From the NCBI GenBank assembly GCA_965541585.1, contig CBEUCH010000015.1:7120-71119 (forward strand): 64,000 bases of DNA, given 5' to 3'. Shown here piece by piece: positions 21,326 through 29,999 of this stretch (positions are counted from its first letter, which is position 1; every line of letters starts with the position of its first letter). The stretch is from an uncultured bacterium. Its GTDB lineage: Bacteria; Zixibacteria; MSB-5A5; UBA10806. Below the pieces are notes generated by a model. That model was not told where the DNA came from, made no database searches, and was given only the letters and a program-made list of their open reading frames with translations. The translations under genes were made by a program, and so were the position numbers.

Positions 21326-22813
21326 ATGGGTCTTTTGAATATCTTAATAGCAACTCCCGAAGCCGTTCCCTTTGCCAAGACCGGGGGACTGGCAGATGTA
21401 GCCGGCTCGCTGCCGAAGGCCATCGCATCCCGGGAGCATACGGTCAGGCTTGTATTGCCGCTTTACCCTCATGTGGATCGCGAAAAGCACAAATTGCAGA
21501 TAATGGCTTCCGGACTGAAAGCTAAAATTGCAGGTCGCGAGGAGGTCTTCCAGGTTCAAAAATGCGATATGGACGGTACCGAGGTCTGGTTCATCGAGCA
21601 TGACGGTTTCTTTAACCGTCCCGAACTCTACCGTGATCCCTCTACCGGAGACGATTGGGCTGACAATGATGAACGGTTCGGATTCTTCGCTCGTGCTGTC
21701 CTTGAGGCCTGTCGCCGACTTCGCTTTATTCCCGATATAATTCATTGCAACGACTGGCAGACTGGTCTGATACCGGCCTTGCTGAAGATCGATGATAGTT
21801 ATGGCGATTTCGCTGATACTGCTACTTTGCTTTCGATACACAATCTTGCCTATCAAGGCAGTTTTCCATCGGAGAGTTTCGGCAAACTGGGACTGGATTG
21901 GTCTCTGTTCGCCCCGGGGGGAGGCTTTGAGTTCTGGAAAAAGTTGAGCTACCTGAAGGCAGGCATCTGGTATTCGGATCTGCTCAACACCGTATCCGAA
22001 ACCTACGCCGGGGAGATTCAATCATCAAACGAATTCGGCTATGGTTTCGAGGGTGTTCTGGCTGACCGATCCGATGATCTATTCGGGATTTTAAACGGCA
22101 TCGATTACGATGTCTGGAATCCGGCCACTGACGATCTTATTCCCGCCACGTTCACTCCGGAAAAGTTGGCGGGAAAGAAAAAATGCAAAAATGCTCTCAG
22201 GCGACAGGCTAAGTTACCAATGGTTCGTAGAGAAGTGCCGGTTATCGGGATTATATCGCGGCTGGCCGATCAAAAGGGGTTCGATCTCATCGCCGAGGCT
22301 GCCGATGATCTTCTGGCCCTCGATCTGCAGATCGTCCTTCTTGGCACCGGCGATCAGAAGTATCATGATCTGTTTGCGGCCTTGCATGAGAAGTATCCTA
22401 AGAAGATTGCGGCCTTCCTCGAATTTAATAATCAGATTGCGCACCTGATCGAGGCCGGCAGCGATATGTTTTTGATGCCTTCCCGCTATGAACCGTGCGG
22501 GCTAAACCAGATGTATAGCCTGAAATACGGCACCGTTCCCATTGTCAGGAAGACCGGCGGCCTGGCCGACACCATAGAGAACGCCAATCCCGTGAAGGGC
22601 ACGGGCAATGGTTTCGTCTTTACAAATTACGATTCCAGGGAGATGCTGAACGCCGTAAAGTTCGCTCTCGAGGTCTATCGCGACAAAAATGTCTGGGAGG
22701 TTATGATGCTTCGCGGCATGCGCCAGGATTTCTCTTGGGACGCCTCCGCCGGGAAATATGTGGAGTTATATAAAAAGGCCCTGGATAAGAAAAAAACGAC
22801 CGTAGAAGCATAA
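21326..22813 (+). CDS. glgA: Glycogen synthase (GT5 family)
   Basis: The N-terminal ATPEAVPFAKTGGLADVAGSLPKA (KTGGL motif) is present, and the C-terminal GT-B fold region is similar to GlgA. Confidence 0.85.
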   Translation: MGLLNILIATPEAVPFAKTGGLADVAGSLPKAIASREHTVRLVLPLYPHVDREKHKLQIMASGLKAKIAGREEVFQVQKCDMDGTEVWFIEHDGFFNRPELYRDPSTGDDWADNDERFGFFARAVLEACRRLRFIPDIIHCNDWQTGLIPALLKIDDSYGDFADTATLLSIHNLAYQGSFPSESFGKLGLDWSLFAPGGGFEFWKKLSYLKAGIWYSDLLNTVSETYAGEIQSSNEFGYGFEGVLADRSDDLFGILNGIDYDVWNPATDDLIPATFTPEKLAGKKKCKNALRRQAKLPMVRREVPVIGIISRLADQKGFDLIAEAADDLLALDLQIVLLGTGDQKYHDLFAALHEKYPKKIAAFLEFNNQIAHLIEAGSDMFLMPSRYEPCGLNQMYSLKYGTVPIVRKTGGLADTIENANPVKGTGNGFVFTNYDSREMLNAVKFALEVYRDKNVWEVMMLRGMRQDFSWDASAGKYVELYKKALDKKKTTVEA

Positions 22814-22836
22814 ATACTGAATTTATGGATATATAA

Positions 22837-22867
22837 GCCTCGCCAACTCCGGCGGGGCTTTTTTTGT
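22837..22867 (+). terminator. Rho-independent terminator after glgA
   Basis: An 8-bp GC-rich stem (gcctcgcc/ggcggggc) with a aactcc loop is followed by TTTTTTTTG. Confidence 0.5.
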
Positions 22868-23023
22868 TGACGGAATCTTATACTGTGTTATTTTGTTTAA
22901 TAGACGTATAGATTGATCTGTTCTTTTCAGGCTTTGCGGCAGAGGCGATTGGCCAAAACTTCGATGGATTGATCTGCGTATCAATGGATGGATGCTTGAA
23001 CTTGAATCCGAAATAAGGGAGGT

Positions 23024-24712
23024 TTGATGCGGGAGTTTTTATGTTTTTTGATGATCGGTTTTTTTGCGCTCTTTCAGCTGCCATCTTACGTGGCAGCGGG
23101 CGAGATCGATTACCCGAAACCGTTTCGGCTGTCTATTCTGGAGTATCCGAACTCGGATACGCCTGACGATCCCTGGGCCATCATCCTCGATGTGGATAAT
23201 ATCCAGATAAACAGCGACAACAGCGGCCGGGTGCAGAATGAGGAGATGGTCTGCATAAATCCTACCAATACGGCCAACGCTGTGGCCGTCTGGCGCGATT
23301 TCCGTCTCGACTACCGGCGCGTGGGTGTCGGCTATACCTTTGATGGCGGCCAGACATGGCACGATACCCTGCTCTTTGTTCCGCCGCATCCCCGTCAATC
23401 CGATCCCGTTCTGACGGTCGATGATGACGGCACCTTCTACGCCTGTACATTGACGCTTGAATGGTCAATGAACGAGCCGTCCGGAATCTATATTCAAAAA
23501 TCGACCGATGGCGGCGTGAGCTGGTCCGAACCTTATATTGCAATCGATTCCGTTCAAGGTGCTTTCGAGGACAAGCAGTGGATGACTCTCGATAGAACCA
23601 GCGGTTCCACCAATGGCAATATATATATCAGCTGGACACGATTCACCGATATCACCGAAATTCTCTTGGTCTCATCTACCGACGGAGGAGAAACCTATTC
23701 CGATCCGGTGTATGTTTCCGATGAAAACGGCGTTCAATGGTCGGTTCCCACGGTCGGTGTCTGGGGAGACGTATTTGTTGCCTGGTTCGACTATTATCCA
23801 ACCTCCGCGATTTTGATGGATGTTTCCACTGATCAGGGAGCAACTTTCGGGACAGACCGGGTAATCGTTGAAACCAACACCTGGGACGTTAATATCAACG
23901 GCGGCATCTGGGTTTTCCCCTATCCAGCCCTGAACTCCGACGTGAGCTTGCTCTCACCATATCTTGGCAACCTCTACCTGGCCTTTATGGACGAGAACGT
24001 TACAGATATGGATATCTTCTTTATGAAATCCGAGGATAACGGGGCCAGCTGGTCAGAGCCGATCAGGCTCAACGATGATCCGGAACATAACGGCGCAGAC
24101 CAGTTCCATCCCTGGATAACGGTGGACGAGACTGGATCAATCCATGCCATCTTCTACGACAGGCGGATGGATGAGCGAAACAGAAGTTTCGATCTCTATT
24201 ACACCAGGTCCGACGATGCCGGGGAAACCTGGCTGCCGAACGAGCGGATCACCACCGTCTCTTCCGACCCGAACGATGCTCGTCTGGCGGGCCTGATTGG
24301 GGAATATATCGGCCTCGACGCCTGGCAGGGCCAGGTTCAAATGGTATGGACCGATACCAGAAACGGCAACCAGGATGTTTTTTCAGGCAGAATGTCTCGC
24401 ACCGGTATCGAAGACGATATCGTGACCATTCCTGACAGACTGAGGCTCCATATGCCCCATCCAAACCCGTTTAATGCCTCTGTTTCTGTTACCTTTGAGT
24501 CTGATCAGGAGGCGCCGGTTAGTCTCGAGATCGTGGATATACTCGGCCGGAAGACGGCTGAGTTATTCGATGGCGTCTGCCGGACCGGCACAAACAGATT
24601 CGTCTGGGATGGCACCGATATGACCGGCGGCGAGGTCGCCAGCGGAACATATTTCGTCCGTATGAGCGGACCCGACGGTGTGCAGGTTGAGAAGGCCGTG
24701 CTGTTAAGATAA
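23024..24712 (+). CDS. Secreted BNR-repeat sialidase-like protein with a T9SS CTD
   Basis: It has a signal peptide and six BNR motifs (TFDGGQTWH, STDGGVSWS, STDGGETYS, STDQGATFG, SEDNGASWS, SDDAGETWL). The CTD is HPNPFNASVSV...IVDILGRKT...GTYFVRM...AVLLR. Confidence 0.6.
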   Translation: MMREFLCFLMIGFFALFQLPSYVAAGEIDYPKPFRLSILEYPNSDTPDDPWAIILDVDNIQINSDNSGRVQNEEMVCINPTNTANAVAVWRDFRLDYRRVGVGYTFDGGQTWHDTLLFVPPHPRQSDPVLTVDDDGTFYACTLTLEWSMNEPSGIYIQKSTDGGVSWSEPYIAIDSVQGAFEDKQWMTLDRTSGSTNGNIYISWTRFTDITEILLVSSTDGGETYSDPVYVSDENGVQWSVPTVGVWGDVFVAWFDYYPTSAILMDVSTDQGATFGTDRVIVETNTWDVNINGGIWVFPYPALNSDVSLLSPYLGNLYLAFMDENVTDMDIFFMKSEDNGASWSEPIRLNDDPEHNGADQFHPWITVDETGSIHAIFYDRRMDERNRSFDLYYTRSDDAGETWLPNERITTVSSDPNDARLAGLIGEYIGLDAWQGQVQMVWTDTRNGNQDVFSGRMSRTGIEDDIVTIPDRLRLHMPHPNPFNASVSVTFESDQEAPVSLEIVDILGRKTAELFDGVCRTGTNRFVWDGTDMTGGEVASGTYFVRMSGPDGVQVEKAVLLR

Positions 24713-24777
24713 AAGATCTTGACAAAGATGGCCGATTAAATAATTATGAAAACGCCCGGCAGCGCCGGGAAGCTTTT

Positions 24778-24850
24778 GCGGGAGTAGCTCAGCTGGTAGA
24801 GCACCACCTTGCCAAGGTGGCTGTCGCGAGTTCAATCCTCGTCTCCCGCT
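24778..24850 (+). tRNA. tRNA-Gly (anticodon GCC)
   Basis: The cloverleaf was folded by hand. The acceptor is GCGGGAG/CTCCCGC, the D-arm GCTC-AGCTGGTAGA-GAGC, the anticodon stem CCACC/GGTGG with loop TTGCCAA, and the T-arm GCGAG-TTCAATC-CTCGT. Confidence 0.8.
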
Positions 24851-24926
24851 TTTCTTTATTTTTGATATCTATAGGTCGGGTTCCGAAGAAACCCGACAAT
24901 AGCGCGGGGTTACCTTTCACAATCCG

Positions 24927-24973
24927 ATTGCCCATAGATTGGAAAACTTGTCTTAGCAGCTGAGGGACGGAGG
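24927..24973 (+). promoter_or_regulatory. Conserved 47-nt upstream motif (copy A) preceding the PbH gene 25043
   Basis: attgcccatagattggaaaacttgtcttagcagctgagggacggagg recurs at 26357..26403 with 4 mismatches. It lies just upstream of a -35-like element. Confidence 0.35.
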
Positions 24974-25042
24974 CCAGAAATCTCTTGCCGAACCCGGAGA
25001 ATTTCCTATTATTATCATAGGCTGCATCGATCGGGAGGACTT

Positions 25043-26176
25043 TTGAAAAGTGTATACATTATAGCTATTGCGTTGGCTTGCTATGCCTATCTGCCTGTTT
25101 CAGCTACGATCATCAACATCCCCGGTGACCACCCGACCATACAAGATGGCATAAATGCCTCCACCGATGGTGACACCGTGCTGGTACAGCCAGGAACATA
25201 TGTGGAGAACATCAATTTCCAGGGGCATAATATCGTGCTGGGGTCGCTGTTTTTGACTACGGGGGATACTGATTATATCTCATCGACAATAATCAATAGT
25301 AATGGTTATGGGTATGGGAGTGTTGTATCTTTTTTTAATGGTGAAGATAATAGCGCTGTTATTACCGGATTCACGATTCAAAATGGTTATACTTCGTGGG
25401 GCGGCGGGATTCATTGCTTGGGTAATTCCAACCCTATGATAAGCTACAATACCATAAGCGGAAATTCAGCCATCGATTTCGGCGGCGGGATTCTTTGCGA
25501 CAATTCCAGTCCGACGATCGACCACAATACCATCAGCGGAAATTCAGCTGGCATTGACGGCGGCGGGATTTATTGCCATGATTCCGATCCCACGATCAGC
25601 AATAACACCATCAGCGGAAATTCAGCCGACTTCTTCGGCGGCGGGATTCATTGCTGGGATTCCAATCCGGTAATAACCAACACCATCTTCTGGGCTGATA
25701 GCGCCCCAGGTGGATCGGAGATTTCTTTAGAATGGTCATTTCCGGTGATTACCTACTGCGACGTTCAAGGCGGCTGGGCAGGCGACGGGAACATCGATTG
25801 CGATCCTGAATTTTGTTTTCCGGATACGGGGAATTATTATTTGACAGAAGGTTCCTGCTGCCTTGGCGGAGGCGAAGGTGGGGCTGACATTGGCGCATTC
25901 GGTCAGGGTTGTTGCCCTTACATTGCAGGAGATGTTAATTACAACACTATGCCGTTCGAACTTGTTGACGTTATGGCTATGATCCGATGCTATCACGGGG
26001 CGCCGCCGTATTACACCTGCGATTGTCCCCCTCATGGCTCCGATTTTCCGGCGACGGCCGACCCCAACGGCAACTGCGTGGCCAACGAACTTAACGATGT
26101 GGTCACTGAGATTGCAGCCTACAGAGGTTCAACCACGGTATCCGGATGTATAGATTGTCCGGTTTCGGGAAGATAA
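25043..26176 (+). CDS. Secreted parallel-beta-helix repeat protein with a dockerin-like C-terminal tandem (no T9SS CTD). It has a TTG start.
   Basis: GGGAGG lies 6 nt before TTG 25043, and there is a signal peptide. The N-terminal module is about 70% identical to the modules of 4035..6500 and 26523..27839. NTISGNSA...GGGI.C rungs are present. The C-terminal GDVNYNTMPFELVDVMAMI and DPNGNCVANELNDVVTEIAAY resemble the two calcium-binding segments of a type I dockerin. Confidence 0.5.
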   Translation: MKSVYIIAIALACYAYLPVSATIINIPGDHPTIQDGINASTDGDTVLVQPGTYVENINFQGHNIVLGSLFLTTGDTDYISSTIINSNGYGYGSVVSFFNGEDNSAVITGFTIQNGYTSWGGGIHCLGNSNPMISYNTISGNSAIDFGGGILCDNSSPTIDHNTISGNSAGIDGGGIYCHDSDPTISNNTISGNSADFFGGGIHCWDSNPVITNTIFWADSAPGGSEISLEWSFPVITYCDVQGGWAGDGNIDCDPEFCFPDTGNYYLTEGSCCLGGGEGGADIGAFGQGCCPYIAGDVNYNTMPFELVDVMAMIRCYHGAPPYYTCDCPPHGSDFPATADPNGNCVANELNDVVTEIAAYRGSTTVSGCIDCPVSGR

Positions 26177-26295
26177 TTTTCAGGTAATGGAAGCCAAGCG
26201 GCGGATTGAGATTCCTGCAGTGGTCGTTTACGAGCAGTAAAAAAGGGCTGCCGAAACAACCCCTTTTAACTTATACATCAAAACGCCTATATCCT

Positions 26296-26338
26296 ATCCC
26301 CCGGACTCAGCCGCCTGTGGCGGGATTTGTGCACGTGG
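26296..26338 (+). repeat. GC-hairpin repeat element, copy R1 (ccgcc-tgt-ggcgg followed by tttgtgcacgtgg)
   Basis: Related copies occur at 28304..28339 and 28442..28474, and the sequences are alignable. It may act as a terminator for the 25043 gene. Confidence 0.35.
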
Positions 26339-26356
26339 TTGCACACCAACTACCTT

Positions 26357-26403
26357 ATTGCCCATAGATTGGAAGACTTGTCTTAGCGGCTGAGGGATGG
26401 GGG
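26357..26403 (+). promoter_or_regulatory. Conserved 47-nt upstream motif (copy B) preceding the PbH gene 26523
   Basis: It has the same motif as 24927..24973. It is followed by TTGACA at 26431 and an AT-rich -10. Confidence 0.35.
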
Positions 26404-26522
26404 TATACTCTCGCAAACGCCGAAAATCCTTGACATTTAAGTAGAATTGTGTATTCATATTAATGGACAGACGTAATTTTCATCTGTGATCGGCACTAGG
26501 ATAAATACCTCGATGGGAGGAT

Positions 26523-27839
26523 ATGATGAAACTGGTTACGGTTTTTACGACGGTTATCGTAGTCATTGCCTTTGCTGCTGCGACGGCAACGATTATAAAC
26601 GTTCCTGATGATTATCCCACCGTTCAGGAAGGCATAAATGCTTCCACCGACGGCGACACAGTCCTTGTGCAGCCGGGGACGTACGTGGAGAACGTCGTCT
26701 TCAACGGCCATAATATTGTTCTTGCGTCGTTGTTCTTGACCACAGGGGACGCATCCTACATATCCTCCACGATACTGGACGGTAACTCATCGGGGGCTGT
26801 AATTACGCTTACAGACGGGGAAGATAATTCAGCAATGATTATCGGCTTTACCATTACGAATGGAATCTCAGTTTTTGGCGGCGGTATTAATGCCTGGTTT
26901 ACTTCTCCTACAATACTTCATAATATAATCAGAGGTAACAAAGGAACATGGTATGGGGGGGCGATCAGTCTTGAACAATCACCGGGTACGGCCATAGTAC
27001 AATATAATGTTTTGACGAAAAATCAGGCTGAACTCGGAGGAGGACTGAGAGCCTCGTATGGCGATCCTTTTATCGGAAACAACCTCATTATTAATAATTA
27101 TGCGGAGGAATGGGGCGGCGGTATGTATGTAAACAACAACACGCCCCTAATTATCAATAATATTATTTCAGGCAATGAGGCGGATGAAATGGGAGGGGGA
27201 TTAAGAACGGGAAATGCGTCACCCAATGTTGTAAATTGTATTTTTTATGGTAATTCTGCCCCCGACGGACCCGAGATTTCGCCCTGGGGTTCCCCGGTAT
27301 TTTCATATTCGGATATACAGGGAGGATATGAGGGGGAGGGGAATATCGATGCCGATCCGCTCTTCCGTGATCCTGAAAACGGCGATTTTCATCTAATGTC
27401 AATCGAATGCGGCGATCCCTCCGACTCTCCCTGCATCGACGCCGGCGATCCGTCTATCTTCGATTATCTGCTCGAATGTGATTGGGGCTTAGGAGGCCAG
27501 CGGAGCGATATGGGCGTCTACGGCGGCCAGGCCATCCCCACCGATATCAGGGAGGAGCATCCCCCGACAATTCCCGTGGCATACGGCCTCCCTCAGAATT
27601 ACCCCAATCCGTTTAATGCTTCAACCGTCATTCGATATAACCTACCCACAGCTTCCGATATAACCATCTCCATCTACGACATCCGCGGCCGCAAAGTTGA
27701 AACGCTGGTTCAGGGAGAACAGCAGGCCGGGTATCATCAGATTATCTGGGATGCCAGCGATCATTCCTCCGGCATGTATTTTTATAAGATTCAGGCGGGG
27801 AAATATGCTGAGACGAGGAAGATGGTGCTGTTGAAGTAA
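26523..27839 (+). CDS. Secreted parallel-beta-helix repeat protein with a T9SS CTD
   Basis: It has a signal peptide, an N-terminal module shared with 4035 and 25043, and beta-helix rungs. The CTD is YPNPFNASTVIRY...IYDIRGRKV...SGMYFYKI...MVLLK. Confidence 0.65.
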   Translation: MMKLVTVFTTVIVVIAFAAATATIINVPDDYPTVQEGINASTDGDTVLVQPGTYVENVVFNGHNIVLASLFLTTGDASYISSTILDGNSSGAVITLTDGEDNSAMIIGFTITNGISVFGGGINAWFTSPTILHNIIRGNKGTWYGGAISLEQSPGTAIVQYNVLTKNQAELGGGLRASYGDPFIGNNLIINNYAEEWGGGMYVNNNTPLIINNIISGNEADEMGGGLRTGNASPNVVNCIFYGNSAPDGPEISPWGSPVFSYSDIQGGYEGEGNIDADPLFRDPENGDFHLMSIECGDPSDSPCIDAGDPSIFDYLLECDWGLGGQRSDMGVYGGQAIPTDIREEHPPTIPVAYGLPQNYPNPFNASTVIRYNLPTASDITISIYDIRGRKVETLVQGEQQAGYHQIIWDASDHSSGMYFYKIQAGKYAETRKMVLLK

Positions 27840-27861
27840 AGACCATTCATTTAAGCAATTA

Positions 27862-27896
27862 AGGGGCTACCATCACGATAGCCCCTTTACTTTTTA
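27862..27896. terminator. Bidirectional intrinsic terminator between convergent genes
   Basis: A perfect 8-bp stem (aggggcta/tagcccct) is followed by ttacttttta. Confidence 0.45.
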
Positions 27897-27932
27897 CTCT
27901 CGGCAAGACATGCTTTACGGAAACCAGGATTC

Positions 27933-28205
27933 TTAAACAGATACGTCTTGTTTCGATTCTTTCTTTTCCAAAGATGTTTTTGAGGGAATTAATCGCTCAA
28001 GTTGAGCTTTAAGTTCTTTGTTGGCCTCAAGAAGCTTTTCTTTGTCCCCTTGTTTGCTTAACATATTCGCCCTGAGGAGAAGTCCGAGCGAAGTAAGCAT
28101 AAACAAGGCTGGACTAACACTTCTGAATAGTTGACCATAATTATAAATGGAATCAAGAAGCGCCAGAATAGCAAGACCGAAAAGCACTAAACCCCAGACT
28201 ATCAT
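27933..28205 (-). CDS. Small two-TM membrane protein (hypothetical)
   Basis: The 90-aa ORF has two hydrophobic helices and a charged C-terminal tail. No family is recognised. Confidence 0.3.
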   Translation of the reverse strand: MIVWGLVLFGLAILALLDSIYNYGQLFRSVSPALFMLTSLGLLLRANMLSKQGDKEKLLEANKELKAQLERLIPSKTSLEKKESKQDVSV

Positions 28206-28303
28206 CAGTCCTCCTTGTTGAGGATAAATATATGGATCCAGTAATATTATCGGCAGGATCAGATTGGCCTTAATTGGCCATACCCTTATTCAACCAAATC
28301 CGA

Positions 28304-28474
28304 TCTCCCGCTGACAGCCGCCTGTGGTAGATTCGCAGGCCTTCCTGGTTGACGGTCTGATTGATGTAGCGTTGGGTAGTGTTCGGATTGCTACTGCTTA
28401 AGAGGAATCTCGAATAAAGTTGATCGGCGGGCGTCTTCGTCTATCCCGCCTATGGCGGGATTGGTGCACGTGAA
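28304..28474 (+). repeat. Two further copies (R2a 28304..28339, R2b 28442..28474) of the GC-hairpin repeat seen at 26296
   Basis: cagccgcctgtggtagattcgcagg and cccgcctatggcgggattggtgcacgtg are alignable to R1. Confidence 0.3.
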
Positions 28475-28498
28475 CATACACGGATAACCGAAACGAAT

Positions 28499-29770
28499 CT
28501 ATTTCAATTTCTTCTTTAGCTTCTCCGTTTTTTCTTCTATGAACTTTCTATTTTCCTCTGGAATATCGGCGGCTATTATCCATTCCTCGATATCGTCGTA
28601 AGACCACGTTAGAGCAATATCCTCTTTAAGAATCTCTTCAAGCTCTGCCTCCGCTTCCATTGTATCCTTACTTGAGAGTTTTTGGGCAATGCACTTTAGA
28701 TAGAGTAAAACAGCTTTTTCTTTGGATTCTTTGGGTTGAATCATAGCTTTCTCTATTCTTCCAATAGCCAAATCGTGCTCTCCCCTAAAGATGAGCAATT
28801 CGGCCATATTTTCATAAGCAATGATATTTCCAGGATCGAGTTCGATGGCTATATCGTAATCGGCTAAAGCCTTCTCGTATTTCTTCAGTCGCAAATATGT
28901 AAGCCCCCTATTGTTGTATGGCTCGGACTTATTTGGATCGAGTTCGATGGCTATATCGTAATCGGCTAAAGCCTTCTCGTATTTCTTCAGTTGCGAATAT
29001 GTAAGCCCCCTATTGTAGTATGCTATCGCATTTTTTGGATCTTTTTCAATCGCTTTGCCATAATATTCATTGGCTTCTTTATAATTCCCCTTTAGATACT
29101 CACTGGTCCCTTTTAATTCCCAATCAATCGAAGTGTATTGTTCTTCGCGCTTAATTGATAGCAGCTTTTCCTCAAATTTCTCATATTTTTCGGACCGCTC
29201 TTCTGGTGATGGCTCTTTCATGGCAAGACTATCCTTCATTTGAAGTAACTCATCTTTCAATCGCGAATATTCTTCCCGCTCCTTTTCTAGTTTATTCAGT
29301 CTTTCGGTTAAAGAACTTTCATATTCCTCGGTTTTTTGTTCTGCAAATTTTTGAAAGATGTCTGCCCATGTTTTTTCCAATTCTTTTTCCGTAATTTCAT
29401 TTACTTTCTCATTAATTTTATCCTTAATCCAGTTAACCATTGTTTTCGCGCCCAAAAACCTTAGAAGAAATGCAATAAAAACTAATACCAGACTTCCGCC
29501 CCAAAAATACAGATCTATTCTTTTTTCCAATTCCTTTGTCCTCAACTCAATCTCACTTTTCCGGGCGTTATCTCTGTATCCAATTTCGTTTCTAATTGCT
29601 TCAAGTTTCGTCTCGTTGTTTTTATTCTGTTGCTTTAACCGCTCCTCCAGCACTCTGATATCGGAACTGTCCTGTGCAGTAGACTTATCCGGAATTTGCG
29701 CTACTGATGTTGCGGCAAAAAGCATCAACATTGCCGCGGCCTTTACAAAGATCTTAAATAAAGTAGCCAT
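28499..29770 (-). CDS. TPR-repeat protein with an N-terminal signal/TM segment and a long coiled-coil. The listed ORF extends to 29851; the probable start is ATG 29770.
   Basis: It contains several 34-aa TPR units (AIAYYNRGLTYSQLKKYEKALADYDIAIELDP). One unit is duplicated by a near-perfect 102-bp tandem repeat (28833..28934 and 28935..29036). Confidence 0.55.
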   Translation of the reverse strand: MATLFKIFVKAAAMLMLFAATSVAQIPDKSTAQDSSDIRVLEERLKQQNKNNETKLEAIRNEIGYRDNARKSEIELRTKELEKRIDLYFWGGSLVLVFIAFLLRFLGAKTMVNWIKDKINEKVNEITEKELEKTWADIFQKFAEQKTEEYESSLTERLNKLEKEREEYSRLKDELLQMKDSLAMKEPSPEERSEKYEKFEEKLLSIKREEQYTSIDWELKGTSEYLKGNYKEANEYYGKAIEKDPKNAIAYYNRGLTYSQLKKYEKALADYDIAIELDPNKSEPYNNRGLTYLRLKKYEKALADYDIAIELDPGNIIAYENMAELLIFRGEHDLAIGRIEKAMIQPKESKEKAVLLYLKCIAQKLSSKDTMEAEAELEEILKEDIALTWSYDDIEEWIIAADIPEENRKFIEEKTEKLKKKLK

Positions 29771-29999
29771 ATATCTATCCCTGCTTACTGGGATTATTAT
29801 TTTCATTTTCCACGGAGCGTCCTTATTTAATTTTTTCCTACAGTTTTTCAAAACTGTAACTGATCCAAAAGAATTACAGCAAACTCCAGGGGGGAATTAT
29901 CAGCAAATATAGACTCTGAAGTCGGAAAGTCAATATCTTTATAACTACTTGCGTATATTATCTTGGCGGGTGCCCAGATCCCACTTCATGGCCGGCTTC

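Noticed and set aside
21344-22021. 225-aa minus-strand ORF
   Set aside because: It is antisense to glgA, which carries the unmistakable KTGGL motif.
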